Shown piece by piece: positions 40,373 through 54,250 of a stretch of DNA of 64,000 bases (the stretch's first letter is position 1; every line of letters begins with the position of its first letter). The stretch is from the human T2T-CHM13v2.0 reference genome, Homo sapiens. Position numbers and translations under genes: made by a program. The DNA lies in assembly GCF_009914755.1 (NCBI RefSeq), contig NC_060925.1; one strand, given 5' to 3'. The notes below the pieces were generated by a model, which made no database searches, was not told the DNA's origin, and saw only the letters and a list, made by a program, of their open reading frames with translations.

Positions 40373-42227
40373 TCCTCCACCCCCGCACCTGCCTTAACCA
40401 AGCGAGGGCAGCCCAGGTTCATGTGATTGGGCTTCTGCTTGCCTAAGGGCCTGATGGAGAGGGGGATGTCTGGCTCCTTCATCCTTTGCTATTTATGATT
40501 TGGAATCACAGTTGCCTCCCCTTCTGCCAGGAATCTCTTCCCCTACCTCCCTGGCCGCTGTTTCCAGACCCTCCTCTGGTCCCCAGCTGGCCCTGCCACA
40601 GTGTTGAGGAGCGTGACTACAGAAAGGCCTGTGGGCCTCAGCCGGCTCTGCTCCCCTGTCTGCGCCCTGTTCAAGTTGCCTTCTGTCTTTTTCCCTCTTT
40701 CTGTGCGGAGCCCTGGAGGAGAGGGCTGGGGCAGATGCCCTCTTCTGCAGAGGTGGTGCCGCCTCTGCCTGCAGCTGCCCCCACCCCCTGCACACTTCCT
40801 CCCTCGATGAGGGAAGGGCCCAGTGGGGAGATGCAGCCACTGGGGATTCTGCTCAGTGGCCACTGCTGAAAGGAGAAGCCAAAGCTCCTGACAGCCCGTT
40901 GGATACTAAGGAATAAGGCCCCCTCATTTTCAAGGAGGAGACCTCAACCATGGGGGAAGGAGGGGCTTTCCCTTAGTGCTGTGAGGAGATGGTATTTGTG
41001 TAGAATCCTCAGGACTGGGGTTTCTGGGCCATTGTTTAACCTGCCAGGCCCCCAGCATCCATGGGCTGCATTTCAGAGTTCAGGCAGGGTGTGCGTACCT
41101 GTGTACTGTATGGTGTGTGCCTGGGTGTGTGGAGAGAGAGAGAAGGTCTCTTAGTGAGTTTTAGGACTCTGTTCAAAGACTGTTAACAAAATGTCCCCTT
41201 AGAGTGCCTGGCGATCAGGGCAAAGAGTGTTGTGGGGAAACACGCATTGTTTGGGAGTCATTCCAAGTACCCTGCTGGCCTCGCTTGGCGCTCTGCAGTG
41301 AGGTCCCTGCTGAGTAGACGCCCAGGCTATAGGGCCATGTCTTGAAGCCCCTCAGATAGGGTTCCCTGTCTGGCTCTATCCCCGAGTCTCCTGGGCAGAC
41401 ATTAAAGGTGGTCCCCAAGACCCTGCAGGGCTCCCTCTCTCCCCGGAGCAGGATGGAGTGATTGATGTTACTTCTGTATCAATGAACTTCCCAAGAGACC
41501 TCTGGAGTAAGGCATGCTTCCCTCGGCTCTATGCCCCGGGAGTGCCACTCGAAGCCAGGGTCCTGGGGCTTAGTGTCTGTTCTAAGGGGCTTAGGACTTT
41601 GGGGAGAGAATGCTGAGGCTGTGGCAGACCATTTGATGGCCACCCCGAAGGGGGCCCCAGGACATCAGTCAGGACGTGCTCTGGCAGGAGGAAAGCGCAG
41701 GACCTCACTCATGAGGTCATGAGCCCCTTGGATCTTCTGAGGGTTTAAGGTGCTGCTTCACATTCAGTCAAGTGTTGCAATCAAATAACCATTACAACCA
41801 AGTTAACCTAGCATGCATCTGATGGTGTCCGTAATGGTTACTGCTCTGCAGGCAATGGGACGAGTAGCTCATGACATGATGGTGACAGCAGAGCTCAACA
41901 CAGCAGGCAGGCTGGGGGCGGGCTGGGGGCGGGCTGGGGCTGGCCTGGCTTGTGTGGGGCAGTCACCAGGAGTCAGCCTGGGAGGCAACGACCCAGGACC
42001 TTAAAGGCTAAGGGTCAGATGCGGAGGAGACCCCCGGCCCCCAACCCCAGGGTTGTCCCCCACTTAATGAGGGGCAAGAGAAGGCTCAGTTGCAGAGGAC
42101 TGGAGCCTCCTAGTGGTAGGCAAAAGCCCATGCCAGCAGCTGCCATTTTTGAGCTCTTATTATGTGGCAAGAGCTATGCTAAGTGCTGTTCCTTCTTTCC
42201 CATTTTATCCTAATAACAAATTGTATT

Positions 42228-42620
42228 TTTCACGCACGTCCGTGTGAAAAGACCACCAAACAGGCTTTGTGTGAGCAACAAGTCTGTTTATTTCACCTGG
42301 GTGCAGAAGGGCTGAGTCCAAAAAGAGAGTCAGTGAAGGGAGATAGGGGTGGGGCCGTTTTATAGGATTTGGGTGGGTAGAGGAAAATTACAATCGAAGG
42401 GGGTTTTTCTCTTACGGGCAGGGGCGGGGGGGTCACAAGGTGCTCAGTGGAGGAGATTTTGAGCCAGAAGAAGGAATTTCACAAGGTAATGTCATCAGGT
42501 AAGATAGGAACCGGCCATTTTCACTTCTTTTGTGATTCTTCACTTGCTTCAGGCCAACTGGACATAAAGGTGCAGGTCACAGGGGATACGATGGCTTAGC
42601 TTGGGCTCAGAGGCCTGACA
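42228..42620 (-). mobile_element. HERV-H LTR7 solo LTR, antisense in KIAA1614 intron 3
   Basis: Minus strand reads TGTCAGGCCTCTGAGCCCAAGCTAAGCCATC ... CACACGGACGTGCGTGAAA. 5 bp TSD gtatt at 42223-42227 and 42621-42625. Inserted into a MIR. Confidence 0.94.
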
Positions 42621-43858
42621 GTATTTATTGTTCCTGTTTCACTGACAGAGAGACCTCTGTGGCGGGGGGAGTTAAGGGACTTGCCCAGGTCCTCTAGCTG
42701 CCAAGTATTGGAGCCAGGTTTTGCACTCAGGGCTGCCGGCCCCAAGGGCTGCGCTCTTGCCATCGTGCAGCACTGCCACAAGCCACCCTGTCCCTGCCCC
42801 CACAGGCCACCCCTTGGGCTAGGGATCTGGGGGTCTCCTTCCCCTCCCAGCCTGCTCTGTTCTCAGGTGTGGGCAAAGAAGGGCAGGTGATGGACTCCAT
42901 GGGATACGCTTATTTTTCTCCTAGGTCACTATTAGGATGATTCAGGAAATGGGGTTTGGATTTTGGGGGAGAGGATGAGGTGAGACGTTGGGCCTCACAG
43001 AGGGCAAAAGGGATCTGTGCCTGGAAGGACTCATAAGAGAGAAGTGGGAGGACATTGAAATAGGGGGCCGCGCTCAGGCTCTCTCTGTACCAGCTCTGGC
43101 CCCTTCCCTTCCTTGAGCCTCTGAGAGACATACTGGGAACGCAGATTGCCTTAGGATCCCGGTAACCTAGCGCAAGTGAAAGGGTGTGACAGTGAGGAGC
43201 ACAGCAATCAGGGCAACGCTGGCTCCAGACCCCACACCAAATCCACTTCGGAGGCTCAGGAGCCCGCGCCAGGGCGGCCAGCCCGAGGCCCTCGGCCTCC
43301 TCGGCCGTCTCCATAGAGGCGGTGCTTCTGCATGGCCCAGGCACACCCTGGTGCAAATCAGGACCTTCTCTGTATGTGTGATTTGGGAGGCCCCAGGTGC
43401 TGAGTGTGTCTGCAGGGGCTTTAGTTACAGGGAGAAGGGAGCAGAGAAGGTCTCGGTTTTGTTTTATGTGTGCTGTAGTGATGAGGGAAGCGCAGGGAAC
43501 ATCCTAGGTTGTTTATTTTCCCCTCATCGCTGTGATGGAGTCGTGCCCCTGTGGGGATCCACAAGCCCAGTCCCTGGTGTACACACCCTTCAGGAAATCC
43601 CTGTGAGTGATCGAGGACCAAAACACTTCACACAGGCGAGGGGAAGGGGAGGGCGGGTCCCGATCTTCAGGCCCCTGCTGGGATTCCTTGCGGGGTAAAA
43701 ACTCCCTCCCCTCAAGCAGTTTCTAGACTCTAAGTTAAAGACAGGCAGCCCTAAAGAATTTCAGGGGCTTGGCCTGTGGTTCAAGTGGTCAGGCCCTCAG
43801 CTGTGAGAAAAATCTCAGGCTTTTAAAGCTTAATATGTTAATTAGCATTTTTGGAAAC

Positions 43859-44675
43859 TGAGATAGGAAAAAACCAAAATGTTTTTCCTACTTTCACACA
43901 CTCAACACAGCACAGAGCACTTCACCTCAAGCCACCAGAGCGTGTGCAGATGTTTCCCACCCGCCAAGCAATTCTCCGGCAGACCCCAGCTGGCTGCCCT
44001 GTGATTCCACTCAGTTCTGACGCTGTCTACCTGCAGATAGGATCGGGCCCCACAGGTTGAGGGCTCAGTTCCACAAGACTGCGCCCACTTCAGATGCCAA
44101 TTGCAAGTCCCAGGTTGTGACCTGCACTTCGGACCAACCAGCTATAAATCGGGGTTCCCACTGTTCCTTCCTTGGGTTTAATTTTATAGGACGGCTCACA
44201 GAACGCAAGGAAACACTTTACTTGCATTTACCCATTTCTTATGAAGAATGTTATAAAAGACACGAACAGCCATGTGAGGAGAGGCATGGGGCAAGGTATG
44301 GGAGATGGGGCACCACCCCCCAGAAACCTTCACAAGCCCAGCTGTCCTGAAGCTGTCCTGCCAGTCCTTTGGGTGTTTGTGGAGGCCTCATTATGTAGGC
44401 ATGATTGATTACATCATTGGCCACTGCGAGTCAGCTCAAACTTCAGCCCCTCTCCCCTGACGGAGGTTAGGAGGTGGGGCTTAATGTTCCAACCCTCAAA
44501 ATGATTGGTGTTTCTGGTGACCAGCCCACATCCTGAAGCTATCTAGGGACTCTCAGCCACCAGCCGTCTCATTACCATACAAAAGACACTCTGCTCATTC
44601 CTGAGATTCCAAGGGTTTAGGAGCTGTGTGCCAGGTGCCAGGAGTGGGGACCAAATCCGTATTTATTAGATCACA
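43859..44675 (-). mobile_element. MER21-family LTR
   Basis: ccacaggttgagggctcagttccacaagactg, ggctcacagaac and catgattgattacatcattggcc strings. TG...CA ends with gaa(a/g)c flanks. Confidence 0.78.
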
Positions 44676-46094
44676 GAAGCACAGAGCTCCCCTGCGAGCT
44701 GGCCACTGGGTGTGATCCAGTGCAATTTCACATGGAACTGGCCACTTTTGCTCTTACTGTGCCCTGCACCGGCTGCAGCCATAGCTGGCACTGGTGTATC
44801 TCCTCCCTGAGCTCCTGGGGCAAGAACTGTGCTGTTCTTGTCTCCGGGCCCCAGTGCCTGCAAGTGTGTGCAGGGAAAGGCTCTCAGAAATGTCTGGCAG
44901 AGGCACGTCGTAAAGAGTGTGAGTAAGGGCTCAGCAAGGAGGCATGGGGAGTCCCGGCTGAGTGCGGGAGAAGAGACACTCCCACCATCCCAGCACCACC
45001 CCAGCATGCCCAGGGCTGTAGAGGTGGCTGAGAACACCCCAGGGCACGGGTGTAACCAAGAACGGAAGAATGCCTGAGCCCCTGCCTGTCCTTACCAACC
45101 CCCAGCTCCCATCCTGCCCCACTGATATACACGCACAAAGGAAAGCCCCCTTACCACTCCCAGCCCCACCGAGACTAAAGCAAAAGAAAAAATTAAATGT
45201 AACCACTCAACAGTGTTTTAGGATACTTAACATGCTCCCAGTGTCTCACCCTGGGTGGAGAAGGAAGCCCTATCACAAACCCAGTGCCACCTGGATCCTC
45301 CAGATACCCTGTCCCATGCTGCGTCATTGCCACGCCCATATACACACCACACATGAAAATCTCATGATGGTCCCAATCTTTACCAATCAAGGAGCTTGAG
45401 AAAGTCAATTTACCCAAGGCAATTCATCTGGTGGGAGCCAGTCTGAAATTCTAGGAAAGGAAGCCCTCTCCTCTGCCTGCCAGAGTTGAACAGGCCACTG
45501 GTCCCCCATCGGAGGGCATCTCAGACACCTGCCTCCTCTGTGGCCACCCAGGTCCCACACCTGAGGCCAAGAGGTTCTCACCAAAGGGGCAGCCCAAAGC
45601 CTCCTTCTGGGGCTCAGCAGGGAATCTGTTCATCTTCAGGAAGGCAGGGGCAGGGTGGCTCTGCTCTCCTCAGAAGTCAGCATCTTAGGCGTGCACTGCA
45701 GGCCTCCACACAGATCCTTTTGAAGGTGTTGAAGGAGGTGGGTTCTCCCAGCTGCCATTCCTAAGGACTCCCACTCCTCCTTCTCCATTGACAGGAGGGC
45801 CTATTGACTGTCTGGGAGTCAGCTTTCCTCCATGACCAATTGGCCACCTCCTGTTTTCTATCCTATGGAAGCCACCTTTTCTATGGAGCCCTGTCAAGGG
45901 CTTTTCAAAGTCCAGAGCAAAGCCACCAGGTCCCCTCCAGCTACAAGATGGTGTTTGTCATTTCAAACATGCCTTCCCCTTGCTGACGACAAAGTGATCT
46001 CATCACAGGTGACTTTAGTACATATTCGGGGATTCCATCCTTTGCTTAGTAAGGGGGTGAGAGTAATTTAACAAAACAATGGTGCTAATGATAA

Positions 46095-46136
<42 letters not shown>
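46095..46136 (+). repeat. (AAT)14 microsatellite next to a MIR (~46140-46360)
   Basis: Counted directly. Confidence 0.95.
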
Positions 46137-46140
<4 letters not shown>

Positions 46141-49100
46141 GCTAACATTTGTGGACTCTTACCAAGTGCCCAGCTCTGTGCTAATCTCTTTTAAAGGAGT
46201 CACTCTCACTTATCTTAACAACTGAGCCCTTATTTAGCAGATAGGGAAACTGAGGCTCAACTCCTAAGTAACCTGCCAGGGTGACACAGCTAGGAAGTGG
46301 CTGTCCAGGGATTAGAACCCCAGGCAGGCTGCCCCCAAGCCACACACTTCCCCGCCACTCTAGGCTGTGTCCTGTCCATGTCCTGCAGACCTGGGAGGAA
46401 GGGACCTGTGCAAGCAAGCATGACAGTCTGAGACTAGGTCCCTGCCCTCATGGAGCACATGACCCAGAATCAGTTCCAGGTGCACCTTTTCCACTTCCCC
46501 TCATTCAGAAAATTGCACACAGAATCACAGTAGGAGAGCTCTATCCGTGGTCATCAGAAAGCTTTCAAATACGCAAACATGGAACAAATGCTAAGCAGAA
46601 AAGTTTCTCTATGTTCTGTACACTCCATATTCTCCCTCTACTGGGTGCATCCTGGAATCTGGGAAGCGGCAGATCCCTCTACATTCCCAGTTATTTCCCC
46701 ATCCATGTACCTGAGTTGAAAGGGTTAAACACAGACTCGCTGAGCTTATTATTTTAATCCAGGATTATGATGGCTGCAGAAGAAGGCCACTCTGTCCCCT
46801 TGACCTCCTTGGCTAGGAGAGCAATGGTGGTTCTCCTGCCCCAGCTGGCTGGAGGGAGAGCAAAGCCTTAGCTAAGCCTGTCCCTCCACCAGGAAACTGG
46901 CCGAGACGGGAGTGCCCAGAGCAGGAGGGGACCACACGCTGCCCTTTGTCCTTGTGAACCAGTCGAGGACACAGGTGGCTGGAGGGGTGGGGGAAGGGCC
47001 AGCATACTCTAGTGGAACTCTAGTTTTCCCCAACAATGAGCTCTTTATAGGCTCTGCCACTCGGTCAGGGCCAAACATCTGTGGTGGGAACTCCCCCAAG
47101 GGGGGACCTCGAAATCCCACACCCCACCTTATGGCATATCAGACTATGTGGCCAAAGATCTGGGCTCACAGGGTAGCACTGTGAGTCCTCTCCCCTCTCC
47201 AGCCCCCACTGCTTGCAGATGGGGAAACTGAGGCCCAGGGAGGAAAAGCACTCAGCCACTTTATTCCTATGCTCCACCCTCTGAGCTAATGAGCTCCAGA
47301 AGTGCAGACTTTCAAGACAGTGGCAAAAAGCCGTCTCTTCTTAGGCAGGAATTGCCTCTGCCTGGCCATGGCACTGACCACCCCAACCCTTCTAGGAATT
47401 TTCCAGAGCAACTCTGGGAGCTGGGAGGTGGGCAGTGAGATGGGACAGACTCAGCACCCACCCCATTTTGCCTGCTTGTTCCCTGCCTCAGAGAAAGACC
47501 ACCTTCCCTCCACAGGGCTGGTCAGGCCCTCGCTTCACCAGGGTGCACGTTGACCTTGGCTGCAGTCTGTGAAGGTGACTGCCACTCCTCCATGCTCAGT
47601 GTGGTACTGCATGGATGCCTCTAGGCGCCTAAAAAGCCCTGCTTTTCTAATCAGTGGAGAACCAGCTTTGTCTGCCAGGAACTGAAGCAAGACAGCTGAT
47701 GAGAAAAAAAAAAAAAAAAAAAAAGTAACAGCTCCAAGAGGAGGGAGCAGAAAGGAAATAGCAAAGCTGGAAAATGGCTTTAAAACCTGGGGGCAAGGCT
47801 GATCCTGGCAGCATCTGGCCAGTTGCCTGGGGGCCCTCCTGCCTGCCCACCAGGTCTTGTGACAAATGCCCTCTGACAGCCGTGGAACCACAGCTGTCAC
47901 CGGAAGGCTCCGAGTGTGTGGGCTGGCAGCCAGAGGCCCACGGCTGCAGGGGCGCCTCTCCGGGCTGGTAACCTCATTATCTCTGCTGTCAGAGCAGGAG
48001 CCCCAGGGAGCACAGCTGCTCTCAGCCGCCTTGGAGGAGCTGTCTGCTGGGGAAGCTGTGCAGAGGGAGGCCTCTCCTGCCAAAGGAGGCTTCACGGGGC
48101 AGCGGGCCTGGAGATTCGCTTTCACATCACTCCAGTAAAGCCCTCCTTGTTCCAAAGCCATGCCTGGGCCCTGCCAGGGTTCACAGGCACAGATGGTGCC
48201 TTTCTTCTAGCAGTCTCCTCCTGCTCCCCAGCAGCCCCAAAACAGGGTTGGATGCAAATAGTGAGAAGAAAAAGAAAAGGAAACAAGAAAAGAAATCATA
48301 GTCTGCCCAGAGTTTGTCCAAGGATGTCCAAGGAAGCCTTCCTTGGAGGCCTCAGAGCTGTGCCATTTCCACTCACATCTCTGTCACCCAGGAAACTGCC
48401 TGGTCCCTTCCCCCAGTCAGGACCATGGTGAGGGGCTGCAGGTCTGAGATCAGGACCTGCTGGAGCCCTGTGGACCCTCACTGTTGAGGACAGCCCAGCA
48501 TATGTGACGGCGAGGACAGGGGCAGCCAGTGGGGATGATGAAGTTACCCCAAAGAGCGCATCTGCCCCCAGCCACAAACATCCTCTGCCTGCCCTGAGAC
48601 CCAAGGCAGGAGAGGACAGAGGGTGCGGAACGATGCTGGAGACAGTGGGCTGGCTGTCGTGTGCTCTGCTCCGCTTGCAATTGACGTTCGACCTTGAACA
48701 ATGTGCCAGCGTTCTTCTCTGCTCTGGACACCCTCATCTGTCAAGTGGAGAGAACACCTGCCCTCGGCCAGCCTGGCTGGGGAGAGCAAGCTCCGTGGAG
48801 AACAACGTCTTGTCAGTGGGAGATTGTGGGTTGCTGTTATAGCTGTAACCCAGCGCGGGCTGTATGTCACTGGCTGAGAGACAGCTTTGAAAACGGACTG
48901 CTGTCATTTTCTGCCACTCTGGACTGGCCAGGGAGGCAGCACATCTGGTAGGGGGTGGGGGCTGGTGGAGGACCCTTATTATTATGAAAGTCGAGCCACT
49001 TGCTGGCTTGGTTTGGGTCCAGGTTAATTTCTCTCAGCCCTGAGCCTGTGAGCCCTGAGCTGGTGCCTGATGGTTTTGGATTGGGACTAAGGCAAGAAAA

Positions 49101-49658
49101 CACCAGGATTTATAAAAATGCCATTCCCCCAAAGGGCCCAATCTATGCTGGACAGAGCCCTGATTCTTTGCATCTGCAGTGGGTACTAGTGTGGTGCTGT
49201 GTGTGGGTGCAGAGAGACAGAAGGAGAGAGAGGTGATGCGTGGAGAGACCATCTGTCTGGGCACAGGCCCAGCCCAACAACCCCGGGCCCTTTCTCCCTC
49301 CTCCTCCCAGATAGCTCCTGCTGTCTGCCTGGGGAAGGAACAATAGAATAATCTGGAGACTCTCCTACCCTTTCTAGATCCTCTTGAGGTCTCTGCCTCC
49401 AGTGCCTGAGCAGATGTCCAAGGCCGGGCCAGCTCCCCAGCCCCCATCCAGAGCCACGCAGGGCCATTTCCCAGCCCCAGGCCCCAGGCCCCAGGCCCCC
49501 AGGCTGGGTTCCCTGTGCGTGGGTGCTAGAGGAGGAAGGCTGCACATGCAGGGCTTTTTCTGGCACAGCCAGTGCTTGACACTGCTAAAGCCCTCCTAAT
49601 CTGCGTTATTTTCTTCTAATCCCTCCCCCACCACCCTGGCCTGTGTGCCACGCTGCAG

Positions 49659-49802
49659 GACCGTTGGTCCCAACCCGGAGCCTGTGCTGAGCCCCAGGCA
49701 TGAGGAAGCCACGCATCTGCTGCAGCGTGCCCGCATGAAGGCCAGGACCCGGCCCCTCCGTGCCAGCCATGACATCGTGCCCACCATTACCCAGGGCAGC
49801 CG
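49659..49802 (+). CDS. KIAA1614: KIAA1614 coding exon 4 (144 bp)
   Basis: ctgcag acceptor, (R)[47 protein letters not shown](R), donor CG|GTGAGT. Confidence 0.94.
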
Positions 49803-51362
49803 GTGAGTGGGACCTGGGCCAGGCTAGCCTGGGAGGGCCATAGCAGGGAAGAGTCAGCAGTGGGAAGAAGTGGGATCTAGCCAAATGCTGCTGCTCGCTC
49901 CATGTGTGTGTGTGTCTGTGTGTTTTCCATATAAGGCTCTTGCTTTGATTATTTAGTCAGTCAACACACCTTTCCTGAGGGCCTACAGTCAGGCACTGAG
50001 ATACAAAGATGAATGAAACATGATCTGGATCCCTGGGGGATGGAGGTCACAGTCTCCAGGGAGAGAAGCAAACAGATATTCAATTATGTGGACTGTGGTG
50101 TGAGAGAGGAAAAGTGTGTGTGCTGAACTGGAAACTGTTAACTCCACCTGGAAAGGACAGGTGAGGCTCTTGAGAGAAGGTGACTTCTTAGCTGAGGCTT
50201 GACGGAAGTATAGATATGCACTGGCAAGCAGTGCAAGATAGGCACTGGCAAGCAGGCTTAGTGAGGCGACAGAGGAGCGCAACACCTACAGCCAGACCAT
50301 GCGGGCTTGACTTCTGGTTCTGGCACTTAGCTGGGTGCCTCTGCGGAAGTCTGTGTGCCTCAGTTTCCTCACCCACAAAATGGGAACTGTAACAGTGCCT
50401 GTCTTACAGGGTTGCTGTGGAGCTATGTGAGCTAATACGTGTCAAGTTTAGAACAGCGCCCGCCATGCAGTGAGTGCTGCAGGACTGTGAGCTCTAATGA
50501 CTCCTTATTTTGTTGCAGGGGTGTGGGAGGTGTGAGAAGGGAGGCATCTGGAATGAGCCCAGGGTTCTGACTCGGTGTCTGTGTGTTTGGTGGGGCCTCA
50601 GCCGAGGGGTGAGGCCTCAGTGCAGGGTCAGGCATTGGAGGGGGAGGTGGTCCCAGAACATCCACTGGAAATGCCCACCAGGCAGTTGGATACAGGATCT
50701 TTAGAGGAGGAGAGATCAGAACTGAAGATTTGGATGTCATCCCTGATTTCATAATGCTACAGCCGTGGTAAGGTAGGAAAACAACAAGGTCAAGGACATT
50801 CAGACCAGCACATCACACACATGACTGCCCCCTGAGCAACACACTGCATCCCCATCTTCCTGCCTGTTCCGCCGATGGTGCACTTTGAAGAATCACTTAC
50901 ATGTGGACTTCACCACCACACAGAGCTGTCTTCCAGTCATGCACCTGGGCCTGAGATGAGGCCACCAGGCTATGCCAGGTCTCACCAGGCCCAAGCAAGA
51001 CCACTTCTGCAGCTAGCAAAGCCTGTGGCTTCACTGGCATGGTGGGCCTGCTGCATCAGCCTGTTTGAATCACCACGTGGCAGTGGAGGGAGCAGGGGTT
51101 CTTAGGGAACAGGGATCTTGGTGGAACTGGACCACATGCTCTTTGATGGAGGGTGCCGAACTGCTCATTAAAGGCTAAGGACCTTCATGGAACCACTGAG
51201 ACGACTCCTTCATGAGCAGAGGTCATTGTGACCCTTAGGAGAGGGGCTCAGAAGACCATAAATCCTGGCAAGGGGTGCCAAACAGACTGCCCTTGTATTT
51301 CCACATTTTGGGCCTTGCCTCTCTCTCTAGATGGAGGGCACTTGTTAGGAATGGGCATGGTG

Positions 51363-51681
<319 letters not shown>

Positions 51682-53535
51682 CTAACTATTCTTCTTCACG
51701 TATATAAATATATGGTGAGAAATCTTAGACTTCCAAGCAACTCTCCTGTTCTACTTTGTAGAGGCATTTAGGTTAGGTCGGATAGCCTCAAAATAGTCAA
51801 GACTATCTGCAAAACAGATTGCATTGTGTAAAGGTCCTCTTGGACACTTCTTCCTCATGTCACTCTAGCAGCTCACAACAACCCCAATCACTAACTTTAA
51901 CGTAGGCTCCCTTTTGCAGGCTGTCTCCAGGCCATAGAAATGCTATAGAATTGCAAGGTGACCCACTTTAGCAGCTGCTGTGTCCAGAAAAGAATTACTG
52001 TGACTTGGCAGCGCTGGCGAATCCTCAGAGGGTATAGCTGAAAAATCAACGCCAGATGGCTTGCTGCAGATGCTTCTAAAGGTTACGCTCCGTCAAATCA
52101 CCCTGGAGGGCCATGCTGAGTTAACATGGCAATGGCACACAGGCCCCAGGCCTCAGTTAGATGCAGGAGGCCCCATCCCCAGCCCAGATGCATCACTTCT
52201 AAAGAGCAGCTTGGTGAAAGGTGATGGAAGAGGAGGGGCAGGCAGAGCAGTCTCAGAGGGCCTTCTTTATCCTAGGTCTGGCTAGAGGCAGCTGGGGCAA
52301 GCCTGAACAGACAGGGACTCCAGGAGGTGAAGAGGTAGCAGCAGCTGCATTTTTCTGGAAACAAATTAATACAGAAATGGAGCAGCTCCTGGAAGCACAA
52401 GATTTTGCCATTTTGGGGATAGACATGCCTAGATTGGTGTTACTGATGGCAGGAGGACAGGACATGTCAGCAAGAGGCAGGGCTGGGAGGGTGACACTGT
52501 AAGTGGTACTGTCCTGGGTCAGAGAGAGTGGCTGTGTTGAGACTGCAGAGCTTGTGTACATCACATTGATTGTGTGGTTAGGGGAGCAATGCTATGGAAA
52601 GTGGGACTCTGGAAAGGGGTCCCTGTGAAGCCATATGTCTCCAGGACTGCAGCGGGATCCTCCCCTAGAGGAGTGACTACTGGAGCTTCTGTGGAGCATC
52701 ACCTTGAGAACTTGGCAGGTGTGGGATTTGCTCAACGCTTAGCTGCCTCATTCGTCCTGCACTTGTCTCCAAAATCTTCATCCTGCCTTTATGCACAGTT
52801 GCTGACACTGCTAGTGGGGCTTTCTGGGTTTGAATAATTGGGCTGAAAGCACCTTATGTGATTAAGCGCTCCTCAATTTCTCTTTTTAGAACAAAAATGT
52901 CTGCCTCTGCAGTGAATTCCAGGATTGCTCAATTCACCACCCTGTGTGTGAAAGTTAAGACCACTGATGTGGCTCATGGGACCTGGGCTCCCTTGTTAGA
53001 TTAGGACCGCACTGCCTTTAAAGCTAGGCTCTTTTCCTCCCTAGAAATTACAGCCCACATCCTGCCAGCGGACAGGGCACTAGCTTTTGGGGCCTGTGGA
53101 GGGGTCGTTGTGTGAAGCTGTGTGCAGAATCTCCCTGTGGGCCTTTGCCTGCATTGGGTCGGCTGGGCTGGGAGGGCGTCCTTTCTGTGCAGTGGGCTAG
53201 GCTGTTTCTCCGGATGGAGTCTTCTTTTTGGGGGCTATGGGGAGGGAAGCATGCTTCTGAAGAGCTCACCATGAGCTCCACAGGAACAGGGACCCCACAG
53301 CTGACCTAGATACAAGTACAGGTAGGGCCCAGAATCCTCGTGTGGGTTCTCTGGGGCTCAGAGTCCCAGTGCTTTACAATCCCCAAAAGAAAATCATCAC
53401 CACCATAGTTATTAATATCAGAGGGGCCTCCCGACGACCATATTGAGATGAGTAGTGAGATCCTGCACCGTCTTCAGCAGCGGGGTGTCCTGCTCAGTAG
53501 CCTACATCTCTCGGCTACAAATCCCTCTCTGAAAG

Positions 53536-53799
53536 CAGGGCTGCAATATGACTTTCGGGGGCCCTAGGCACTTTTGCCTTCGTGGGCCTCTTTCTCCATA
53601 AAAAAAAATTAAAAAATATATATTTCATGACCATGCTGGTTGAAAGATAAATATGTCATTCTACATTAAAATCTTTTCTTTGACCCAAAAGTTTATTTTC
53701 TTCTGATTTTAAAAGAAATTACAACATTTTCCTGGGCCCCTGTCCATATTGTGCGTCCTTGGCATAGCGGCTGTTGTGCCTGATGAATGAGTAGCCCTG
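53536..53799 (+). mobile_element. ORSL-like hAT-Tip100 DNA transposon
   Basis: cagggc...gccctg termini, gggccctaggcacttttgccttcgtgggcc, 8 bp TSD-like tctgaaag/gctgaatg. Confidence 0.72.
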
Positions 53800-53929
53800 G
53801 CTGAATGTGAGTTCCAGAAAACAGGCTGACCGACACCTCTTCAGTGTTCCCCAGAGCAGCCTTTTTAAGCACAGGATCTGCTGAAATCTCAAAGCAGGCA
53901 GATCTACTTGCTTAGGAGGAGTTTGTGTA

Positions 53930-54250
53930 TGTTTTTTTTGGTTTTGTTTTTGTTTGTTTGTTTTTTTCGAGACAGGGTCTTGCTCTGTTGCCCAGTATGG
54001 AGTGTAGCAGCACGATCTTGGCTCACCACAACCTCTGCCTCCTGGGTTCAAGCAATTCTCATGCCTCAGCCTCCCAAGTAGCTGGGACTACAGGCACGCA
54101 TCACCACTCCCGGCTAATTTTTTCTATTTTTAGTAGAGACAGGGTTTCATCGTGTTGCCCAGGCTGGTCTTCAACTCCTGAGCTCAGGCAATCCGACCAC
54201 CTTGGCCTTCAAAGTGCTAGGATCACAGGCGTGAGCCACTGCGCCTGGCC
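53930..54250 (-). mobile_element. Alu (J/S)
   Basis: Full dimer. TSD-like ag(g/c)aggagtt. Confidence 0.9.

Noticed and set aside
46095-46136. AATAAA/AAT repeat as an intronic poly(A) signal
   Set aside because: Simple microsatellite at a MIR edge with no clear downstream GU/U-rich element.
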